From contig NC_081363.1 of NCBI RefSeq assembly GCF_030684315.1, positions 46,097,254 through 46,161,253 on the forward strand: a stretch of DNA of 64,000 nucleotides, given 5' to 3'. The notes below the pieces were generated by a model. That model searched no databases and was not told the origin of the DNA. It saw only the letters and a program-made list of their open reading frames with translations. Below, piece after piece: positions 32,473 through 43,800 of the stretch. The stretch comes from Stegostoma tigrinum. Taxonomy: Eukaryota. A program made the translations under genes and the position numbers. Every line of letters begins with the position of its first letter. The stretch's first letter is position 1.

Positions 32473-33779
32473 TAAACTAATTCTTGTGTTTGCCTGACCA
32501 TAGTTTCCCCTTAAAATGATTGAAATTAATTAGGTTTTGTTTTGTTTATCTAGACAGTCATTAATGACTTTTTAAGAATCTGATTCTATGGATTCTGGTG
32601 CTTCAGAAAGACAAGACAATGATTAACTGCAAATGGGCTATTGACATCAGCCATCTTTATTTAATATAAATCCATATCTAATGTGGCTATTTATTATTTT
32701 GCAGATAAATCAATAGAATATTCAGGCTGCATCTTCTTAATCTATTTTCGTGCCCAGGCTTGTCAAATTTAACTGCTGCCCAAGCTGAAATTGGTTCATT
32801 TCTCACACTGAGGGTAAAGCTTTTGAGCCTTCCTAACCTGTGAGACAATTGATATTGTGTTAATCAACAAAATCATTGGGGCACTGATTCAAACTTTAAG
32901 TTAAAATTCTGTGGAAACTTGTAATTGACAGTAATATTGTTGGATGTTAGCAACTTGATATCTAAATTGTGTGTAAGTGTATATGATACATTGCAAATCC
33001 TGATTACTGGTATCAGACAGTTGTTTTTCAACTTTGGCTGAATTGTTGAACTTCAGATTTCTAAATTAACCGAGTAAAATGATGAACCTCAATGATGGTG
33101 TATGATCTATTTTTCACTATCTCCATACAATACTTGCAATTATACTTTTAGAATATACATTGTTTTCAAAAAAAGCAACCGATTCCAGTATGTTGTACGA
33201 ACATTGTAAATTTTGCAAAAAAAACTACATCTTGGTAACCTTTGTTTTAATTTCTAAATTTCACAGCCATGTTCTGTTAGTAAATTACCACACACAAGAT
33301 GTCACAAACAGACGTTTCCTTTGAATTTACTATTTAATTGTAGGACTTTAGAAGAGAGTTGCAGCAGGCCTTTTGTAATTAAAAAGGAGTCACAACCAGG
33401 CCTGCTTATGTTCCTCACTGTACATCTGCACATTTTCAGCACTTGACAAAACAGTCAATAGCATACCAATTTACTGAAGCACGTTTTCTTGTCTAGCTAT
33501 ATCACTTGATCACTTTTTCTGCTGCTGCCATTATGCCCTTTGATGCAATGCTGATCATATTCTGACAGACCTTCAGTTGAGACAGTAAAATCTTACTGTT
33601 CTGTGATTGACTTGAGGAAAGTGAAGCCTCAATAGCTCGTGCATTCAATTTTTGTGGGTTTGGATAATGTCAGTGGGGGTGGGTGCTTGTGATAAAGAGG
33701 AAGGGACATTGAATAAGATGGTGAGTGCTGAGTTGAGTAGGGATTTTGGGGGTGGGTTCTAAGAGTTGGTGAGGGCGAG

Positions 33780-34800
33780 TGATAGACATCTCTGGGTAGT
33801 TGCTGAGGAGATCGGGGACCGAGGCGATTTGGAAGTGTCGGGGGGGAAGTTAAGTGGTGGTTAGTGGCCATCGTAAGGTTTTGAGAATCAGAGAGAGGTG
33901 CTGGGGGATGTCGGTGGGATTCCTCGATAGGGTTGTTGGCAGGGAGTGGGGGTTTGGGTGCTGCAAAGTTATGGGTCTGCGGAAGCGTTGTTGGGGGGGG
34001 AGGAGGCTAGAGCGGGGCCTCTAGGAAAGCTTCGTATTGGTAGCGGTGAGTGGTCAATAGTTTGGGGTGGGGAGGAGGAGGTCGATGGTGGCGTTGAGGT
34101 GTCTATGGGAGGGGGTCATTGTCGGCGGTGACGGGCCTCGGGGCTGTCGTTAGGGGGACGGGTGCAGGTCAATGTTGGCGGTTGTTGGGGTGGGGGAGGG
34201 CGATGTCTTTGGGGGTGGGGTCAGTACGCGAGCTCCAACGGTTTCAGAATGGGGGGGTGTGGCGGCGAATGAGGTACGCGACCTGGAGCCAGCCGATTGG
34301 TTGCGTACTGGCCGTGACTTGCGGCGTGATGACGTTGTGTTGATGTTGGTTTCCAACAGCATGGCGGCGCGTGAGCTCCAGCACACGTAACAGAAAGAGC
34401 GAGAATATCTGAGGGGGGGTGGGGGGCAAAAAATTAACGACCATTACTGCCCCCCGGATAGATAGACCGAGAGATGGATGGAGTGCACCTGGAATTCCCG
34501 GCTCTACCGTCTTCCAGGGAAGACGCGGGGGTGGGTACACGTAAACGTAAACCGGCGCCGAGTTTCGGCCTAAAGTTGTGAACAAAGCCGGCTGTGATCC
34601 TGGAGGGGACGGGGGGACGGGGGGTGGCAGGAGGAGGTGAGTGGAGACTGGCTGCCAGGCGCCGTTAGTCGGAAATAGGCGCTGGACGACCCGCTGCAGC
34701 CGCCTGGTTTCCATAGTGTCGGCGATGTGAGGTGGCAAGCTTCGCTGAGTTTACCGCAGAGTATTTATTGATTTGCTTTCATTCTTGTGTCTCGGGAATT
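33780..34800 (+). promoter_or_regulatory. STYX CpG island/promoter, strongly G-skewed
   Basis: High GC and CpG content with many G-runs. Reverse CCAAT (ATTGG 34296-34300), CRE half-site TGACGT at 34330, YY1-like CATGGCGG at 34360. Contains STYX coding exon 1. Confidence 0.8.
34474..34530 (+). CDS. STYX: STYX coding exon 1
   Basis: MDGVHLEFPALPSSREDAG, donor |GTGGGT. Confidence 0.9.
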
Positions 34801-37800
34801 GCTGTGAAGTTTACTGAACTATTTAGGCTTTTATTTTGTTTTTGTCTCGTGTATCAATTCGGCTTTTTAGGGAGGTGTATTTTAATCTGGGCCGTGTTTG
34901 CTTCTATCTGACAAGTCAGCAACACGTGGGATTGAGGAACAAAACCAACTCCGTTTAAACTTCAACAAAACGTATTCAAGAGTTCTAGGAACTTCTTTGC
35001 TCTTTTCCAGAAAAAATGTGTACACAGCTTAAAATTATTTATTAACCTAATGGTAAAATGTCACAAGCTTTGAGCTACTAGAGAAAAGGGAAGCTTGAAG
35101 GTTGCGTAACCTCTGATTGTTCTTCCTGCTTGAGGCATGGGAAGGGCCTTCTGGCTGTTGGTCTCGGCTGGATCCTAAGCAGGGTTTGAGGGGTGGCGGG
35201 GAGGGTGGGAGGTAAAGCGAGTAAAGGTATATAAATGTTTCTTAACTATGTCAAGCATGTTTGCCTGTGTTTTGCATTAGATTTACCTAAGATTATGCAC
35301 CAAACAAATATAATATAGTATAACTCTATTCTTAAACTTTGGTTTCAGTGCCTTTCAAACATTTAAAATTGCTTGGAGCAAAGAAGCATGTATTTCATAG
35401 ATTTGACAAGTTCCTGCCGAGCAAATTTGTTGGAAAAATAAGAATTCTCAGCTCCTAATTTGCTCGTGTAGTCATAGTATTTGTTTGTCTGGTCCAGTTA
35501 AATTTCTGGTTAGTGATAATCCGTTAGGATAATGAAAGATTTTGCAGTGGTAAGTATTGCTAAGCATCAGTAGGAGTTGGTTAGCTGTTAGCTTTGATCT
35601 TGTTGAAGATGGTCATTATCTGGTACTTGGTGTGAATGTTAATGCCATTTATCAATCTAAATCTGGATGTTGTACATGTCTTCATGTGGGCTGTTGAACA
35701 TCTTGAATATTGTTGACTCTCTGTATGTTAAGAGGCACCATGGTAGAGTTAATAGAAATGACATTTCTTTTGCAAAGAAATAACCAGCAGCATGCATCTT
35801 AATACCTGCTAGTAGGAATAAAGGGAAGATCAGAAACATTATTGTCACAGGATGATTGAATTGCTGAACTGCTGAAAAGACTAATAAAAGCAGAATACCT
35901 CATCACATTAAAATTAAAGCTTGGGTGTGCACTTGAATTTGGACAGAGGGATTAGGCTGAATAACTCTTCTTTGACCTGCACGGAGCTGATAGGTTTCTG
36001 TGCTGTAAATTTTCTTTTTAGTTGTAAAATATTAAATGGTATAAGATGACATGGGCCCAGTAGGAAAAGTCAGTTTTGGAAAATGTGAAGTAGGCTAGGT
36101 AGCAGTTGCAGACAGGCTACAAAAGAGATACAGATAAGTTAAATTGTGTGCAAATATCTGGTAAATGATGTATTATATAGGGTGTGTGCAATTAAAACAT
36201 AGGTGGGTAGGTTCTTAAACAGAAGGGTGAAAAATTATTGGGGAAGTAGAAATATGGAGTAACCAGATGAACTATGATCTTAGTGATTGAGGAGTAGGCT
36301 TGAGGGACTGCATGGTCTACTCCTGTTCCTACCTAAATAAAATAAATTTAATTTTCAGACACATGCCCTTCTCGTTAAAACCAGTTCTGACAGATCATTG
36401 TTCTAAATGTTAACTGTTTCTCCATCGATTCTGCCCAATCGATCTATTTCTAGTTTTATCTGTTGTTATTTCCTATTTACAGCGTTTGTGATATTTTGTT
36501 TATGCATTAAAATTAACTAAAGGTGCATTTTTTTAATATCAGAATGTCATGCATTAAATATTTTAGGAGTGTTTGATAGACAAGGCTGGAGATAGGAAAT
36601 TCAAAATGAGTTTGGATCATACACTGAGAGAGTTGAGCTGCTCAAGAAATGATTTTTAATGGGCCATGTTGATAAAGTTTGTTTCCCTTTCTACTGTAGT
36701 TAAATCCAATTCATCCTTTTTATAACAGTACTACGTATTTCAGAACTCCATTTGCTTTTGGAGATCATTGACTATTAATTCCTTTCTGCATAATGGGACT
36801 ATGTAAATATAATTTTAAGATGTGAATACACCTTACACTTCAAAAAATTAAATGGACAGTATTTTTAAAATAACTTTTTAAATGACAGCTCTGAGCCCTC
36901 TCCTCAACCGATACTGAAATAGGATCTTTGTGCAAATAATGAAGGCATGACCCTTGTTAACCCCTGTCAAAGCAGAGTTTTCAGACCTGTGGTTAAATGG
37001 GCTTCTCCGTTTTGAGTTATCTCCTATTCTCAGTGGTAATCCCATAGATTTAATTCCAGCTGTGTTGCTGCACAATTATAACAACAGACCTTTTCAGATT
37101 TCAGCACTGGCTTCCATCTCTCATGTCAGTTGATTGCAAAAAAAAATCATGATTTGTTACTGAACCTCCTATTTTGTCCTATCGTGAAATACTGAGCATG
37201 CTTTGATTATGGTTGTGCTTCTGGCTCACAGACCTGTAATGTATGGACTGTCAGCTAACTGGAATTGCTGTTAAAATTATGATAGACTGATTGTTTGTAA
37301 CTGCTTTTTTAATTCTTTAGCTTTTTTAAAAGTATTGCAATTAAACTGCAATTTTGTTTTGAAACAGGGTAATATTTGAAGATGCCTAACATTTGGCACT
37401 TTATCTTTTTCTTCTTTGTAAGATCCTTTTTGATTGAAGTTAACATAATGAGCTGCTGCATTATAATTACTCTGTAGATGTAGTTTATTACTTGCCTTTT
37501 TCAAAAGTACTTATCAGCTTTTCCCTCCAACAGCCATACTGCTTTCAATCAACTCAACTCAAAACAAAATAATTTTACAGACAGTTTGTTTGATTCAGGA
37601 TTATTTCTGAAGGCAGTCTGACATTAAATGGGTGTGTGAAATTAGACTAAATATAGAAAAAATGCTTTAAATACAACTGGCAAAATACTCAGGCTAAGAT
37701 GCAAAATCTGAAATAATGGCCATTAAAATTGGGGTTTTGGAAATACGAGATAAATTCTGGAGTTTGATGAGATGATGAATTTTAAATGTCAGATTCTAAT

Positions 37801-40800
37801 TAGGCAGAAATAAGTGCCATCTGTTACTTGTGTTAGGAAGAATTCACAACTATCGTGTCTTACATCATTTTGTTTTGCCATTTAGGATTGGATGTATCCA
37901 ATGAGACGTGCAATGCAGGTAATCTAAATGCTATTTTTTTGCCTGTTTGCAACACTGAGGCCTCTTTTGTGGTGCATTCATCTTGTCATTGTGTTAATCA
38001 TAGAACCCCTACAGTGCAAAATGCAGCCATTCAGTCCACTGAGTCCTCACTGACCCCCTGAAGACCCATGCTACCCAGTTCTAGCCCCTTACTGTAGCCT
38101 GTAACTCCACATTTACTATTGCTAATCCACCTAGCCTACACATTCCTCAACCCTACAGACAATTTCAGCATGGCCAGAACGTGCAAACTCCACACAGACG
38201 GTTGTCCGAGGCTGGAATTGAACCTGGATCCCTGGTGCTGTGAGGCTGCAGTGCGTGGATCTAAGGCGTCCATGTTACCGCTTAGATTAAGACGTGAATG
38301 AACCTCAGAATTTTATCTACAGAAGGTTTGGCAGAATTTCCCATCACCAGCAAAAATTGGTGCTTTGGATAATATTCAGTTTTTTGATTAATTTTTAAAT
38401 GCAACAGAATTTAATAATTGAATATTATCTCTGAATGTAGAATATAACATGCCAGTAATACTTGATAAAATCATTACTTACTGTGATTTATATTTTACAT
38501 TTCGTATTATATACTGTATTCAAACAGATAACTAATAGTAAATTTTTTTTGGTCTTACCCTTCATCTCTCTTTCAGTAGCGTAACTGCCTAACTCTTTCT
38601 GCACCTTTCCTTCACAAGGGTTATTCTGCTTCAAGACATCTATTGGATTACATGCCCAGCTCCAATGGTAGAGGCTTTGCAATAATAAAGTTAGAAATCT
38701 TGATCGATCAATTAGCATGTTCCAGCTTCTGTTGTTCAGCAATTTCTTACTGTGCTTCTCTCTGGTCCTTTTCATTGTTTTCCTGTAATTGTGTTTTTCT
38801 CTGGCTTGATGTTTTTTATGTCTCCATGCCTTTACTGCAATTTATCATATTGTAATGTGGAGAGGGGCTGTTGTAGAGACATTGACTGGCCTACCAAACT
38901 TCTACCCCAACCAAGATTGGGTGCGTTCAAATCACTAAAATTAGAAAAAAACAGTTTGCTGTTACCCTATTCGGATCATGGGGACGTGAAAGCTGGTGTC
39001 GACATTTTGAATTAAATGGCACTCTCATTGCAGAGTACTCTTGGGAATTGTAGTCCTCACTGTCAGGGTTTGAATGCAGACATCTGCAAAAATTTGGGCT
39101 GGGTAGGGACTGGGAGAAGAGATTGTGCCTGCCATGTAAGTTACGAATCATGTGTCAACCTACATTTGTAACTATTTATAATTGTGATGGTGGTATCAGT
39201 ACAAATGTAACTTTTTCACATGTGATTGAATAGTCTGCAGAATCTCTTCGGCCTATTCTAACTTTATAGGCATTCTTTGTAGTAGAATGCAATTAAGCAG
39301 AAAAGTCCTGTGAATTTGGGAATGAATAATAAAAGTAGTTTATAAACAATTGAAAAATACCAATACAACATAATTTATTTCTTGTTCACTGAAAATAACA
39401 TGGTATTAAACAGACAAACAACAGGCATAAAATGTGATGATGTTTCAACACTCATTAGAAGAAAATTCTTAATGCAAAAATAGAGAAAAAATTCTGACAT
39501 TAAGCTTTTAAAAACTCAGTTTTATTTCAGTTTGTCATTTTAAAATATAATTAGCAATAATGTGCTTTATTTCATATTATCCAGTTGGCTAATGACCTTT
39601 TTTTGTTCATAGGAGATACTACCTGGCTTGTACTTGGGGCCATATTCCGCTGCTATGAAAAGTAAGGTATGAACTTTAAGAAATAAAGGATCAGAACTGT
39701 TCGCTGTGAAGTGGAATAGATGCTACTTCTGCTTTTGTAAAACGAAAATTAATTTTATGGCTCCCTTGCTGGTAGTGCAATACATTTCCTTAACCCCTGT
39801 GTAGTGGAATATCAGAACATTAATAGACAACTTAATGATGTTGAGAATTTACATCTTCATTTTTAAACCAGAGTGTCTTGACTTTTGTCATGGGCCAATT
39901 GGGATTGCAAGATTTCACAAGTACCGTTCACTTACTATGGAAATCGGAACAATCTGCAATGCTGATAAAGAACATACATGTCAATAGAAAGATGAGCTTG
40001 AGCACCTGAGATTATCTTGTAGAAATTATTGAATGTCTGTAGTGAGAGGAGAGAGACTTTGTAGCGGTTCATACCTTTATTAAGTACACGCTATTTAGAG
40101 AGTAACTTTGAAGATTATGCTGAAATATAATTCTCTAGTGGTTTCCTATGCATGGAGTTAATGTTTATTCCTGTGATAAATGAAATTTTCGCTTGTTAAA
40201 GACTCTTCAAGGAATCTCCTCACTTTTTTGTGTTGAGTCATTTTCTCCTGAGAAAATTTTAATTCTCTGTGTAGCCTGTCTGTCTTGAGACTTGAATGCA
40301 ACGCCTGTAGAGTGAGGCTGTGATTTAATGTGAATTAACGCTGCAGGATGCTTTGCATCTCATATTTTTAAAAAAAGACTTATTGAATGACTGTTTGCGA
40401 AGTAGTGTTTATTTTCATCTTTTTTCTACAGTCTTAGAAGCTGTATTGATGTCACTGATCATCCTGCAACTGGTTAAATCTTGGTTGCTTGAAAGAACCC
40501 ATGTAGCCACCGTGGCATTTGTTTGTCAAGCCCAATCTTAGTATTGGTCTCCCACTCAAAATAAAGCACACTTTATGATCCCCATCGAGACAATAACTTC
40601 TGTTTTTAAAAAAGCTGGAGTTTCCATTGAATGACTGAAAGTGTCACACAGGAGTTTGTATGATTTGAGAGCAAAAGTATGCTATTCAGCCTGGTTTGCT
40701 ATTCAATAACTTAATGGCTGAACTGATTGCAACTTCAAATCTACATTCCTGCCTATCACTGACCATTCATCTCCTTGTCTAACAAGAATCAATTGAAAAT

Positions 40801-43800
40801 ATTCAAGGACTCTTGTTACCACTGCATTTTCAGAAGTGCGAAAAACTTCAAACTCCTGAGAGAAAATGTTTTGTCCCATCTCTGTTTTAAATATACAATT
40901 CCTGATCTTTTGAAGAGTGATCCTAAATTCCAGATTCTCCCAAAAGAGGAAACATCATCTCAGCTTCTACCCTGACAAGACCCCTTAGCATTTTGTGTTT
41001 CAGACGATTCTAAATCCCAGCAAGTAGAACTTAGCCTGTCAACCTTTTCTCATCTTGTGTCGTCAGCAAATTTGGCGACTGTACCCTCCATCCTTTTATC
41101 CAAGTTAATTAATAAATTGTAAACAATTGAGGTCTCCAATCGCTGTGGCACACACTCCTTACAGACAGTCCCCAAGTTGTGAATGGGTTCCATTTTGGAG
41201 TCCATTTGCAAGTTGATTTGTTCGCAAGTCAGAAGACAATATAAAGGAGTCGTTTGTAAGTACAAGAAATGTTTGCATGTCAAGTATTTAAATTTATATT
41301 GTTGTATGAGATGATATTTGTAATTGTGAACATTCAAATGTAAGGTCTTTTTAAATCAGTTACCTTTTGTATATCTTACTGACCTCAAAAAGATGTCCTG
41401 TTATTCAGGTAATCTTTCATTTGTGTAAATGTACTGTCTCCTACAGAATGAACTTTTATTTTGAACATAATCTTTGATGTGCTACTATATCAAAAGCCTT
41501 CTGGAATCAAAGTGCAATACAGCCACTAGTTCAGCTTTATCCACAGCTTGCTTACCTCCTCAAACAACTCCAATGGACTGATCAAATGTCATATTCGTTC
41601 ACAAATTATTGTTGACTCTGCCTCAACTTATCCAAGTGACCTTCTTTCATAACAGCTTCTAACAAATCTCCTATTGTAAATGTTAAGCTACTAGCTTGCT
41701 GTTTAATGTTTCATCTTCTCTTCTGGATAAAGTTGTTACTTTAGCTTTTACTAAATTTTAAAATTTATTGTGGGAATCTTAAAAGCAACATTATTTTTGT
41801 AGGCTGCTTATGTTCTAATCAACTGAAAATAAATTCTTCCTTTAATTTTTAATAAGGCTTAATTTCTCTTGCTATGGTTATCTGCTGTTGTCATGTAGTA
41901 GATATGTCATTTGCCTGGAGCCAGTCCAAAGTTTGTTCTCAGCTCCTGATGGCTTGTTTCCGTTCCAAGCCAAGTAACTGCTCATCCTAGAACTGGCTTT
42001 CTCTTTGGGCCTTTTATAAATGGAGATTCCTCCACTGTAGCTCAAGTTAGGTGACTTTTTCAGCCTCCTTTTAAATTGTCAGGAGCTCAGTCTCTCCTTT
42101 CTGAATGTGGGCTCCAATTTGCATGGTGAACAATAAAGTCAGTATTTTCTGTATTTCAGGTTCAGGACTAGCTGGTATTGCTGCCTCCTGTTTGTCTGTC
42201 AGATGTTTAAATGCTGACTTGTGTCTGACAGTTTCAGGGCTATTTTAGAAAACTGCAACTCGATCCTTCCATCACTTTCTACTAATATTTCCTTTCTGGA
42301 AGTTCCATCTCTATGGCACAAGTATGATGGACCTTGTGTCTACGTAGAAATGTGGATTAGCTGTTTTCTAAACTGTTGGAGAAAAAGCAAATAATGTCAA
42401 ACATTATTTCACTTTTGCACTTCTTATGACATTTGCAAGACTACAAATTCAGGGGAAAATCAACATTTTTATACTGCATGAAAAGAGAGTATTGCTGCCA
42501 AGGAGAATGCATCCATTAATATTAATTAGATTTTTATAAAGCAGGTAGGCTTTGGTCAGGGCATTGTCTTGAGAAATTAACCAGCCCATGGCTGTCACAT
42601 ATTTTTTTTCAAGTGGAAAAAGAAAAGTGCTTGTATATGTTATTTCTGTCCTTTAAGAACAGCATCCCGTGCATGCAAATATGCTTTGCTGCGAGCCTGA
42701 ATGATAATGCTAAATTGATTGTCACCATAATTCCTTGCACATTCCCAGTTATCCAATAAACTTTACTCAATTGCCGAATCACATCTAATGTTAGACATCA
42801 TTGTGAATGTTGCTAGTATGGTCTGGTTGGGTGCATAAGTAGACGCTCATTATGAACAGCTAAAGGGTATATTATTTGATGTGATCTGCTAGTCTTTGGA
42901 ACGTATGGCCTACATACCATCACATTGGCACTGAAACCATATTACCATAGTTTTGTGAAGGGCAAAATGTCTCTTTGACCTGACAGCAGCGCCCAGATAG
43001 TGACAACCATCACTTGTGTTGCTGCTGCTGAGTATTAGAGTAAAACAACTAGCTTCATCTGTTAATCAAACATTTGAAATACCCTGCTCTTCCAGGGTAA
43101 CCTGATAGATGTTTCAGGATGAGAAGTGACTGCCTTAAGGCCTTTTCATGAGTTTGTGCAATATATAATAAGAAGTGATGTGACCAGGGTGGCTGTTATA
43201 CCACAGGATGATTTTGATGTGCCTTGTTTCCGAATCAAGTTTGCACAGTGAAAAAATGGCTTGTGGCCCTATTTATGAGGTTACTCAAAAGATCACTTTT
43301 ATAGTGCATGAAATTGTAGGAATCTGAACTTGTGTACTGAGTAATGATGATAGTTTCCAATAACAGTTGTACAAAACAACCTGATTGATTTCTCAATGAG
43401 GACATTGAGGAAAGTGAGCTGATTTAACTGTTTCATTTTAAATGTGAATTTGAGCACAGGATGCCATGCATTAAGATCTTTCAGAAATTTTTCTCTGCAG
43501 CTCTGGATTTAGGGATGGAAAACATTGTCATCAACATGTTGGAAATGTTCAAGGGATAGGAGGCTCATTGTCATCCAATTAAAGATACATTTCTCATGGA
43601 ACCCAATGAAGATGTTTGTGAGCATTGGGTTTCATAAAGATTCCATGGCAACACCATTTATGTGACCATACACGGTGTCATAGAAACTGAGCCCAGCTGC
43701 ACAGGTTGATGAGTTCATAATTTGTACAAATATTGATTCATGTAATGGTGGCAAGTCTGGATTGTCATGATACAGTGCTGTAGTGCAGATGTCAATAGCT

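Noticed and set aside
34244-34738. 164 aa Pro-rich antisense ORF over STYX exon 1
   Set aside because: Expected by-product of a GC-rich, G-skewed CpG island, with no recognisable domain.
38978-39000. ATGGGGACGTGAAAGCTGG resembling the start of mammalian STYX (MEDVKL)
   Set aside because: It needs indels to align, stops after 3 codons and lies downstream of exon 2. The true first exon is at 34474, so this is probably chance.
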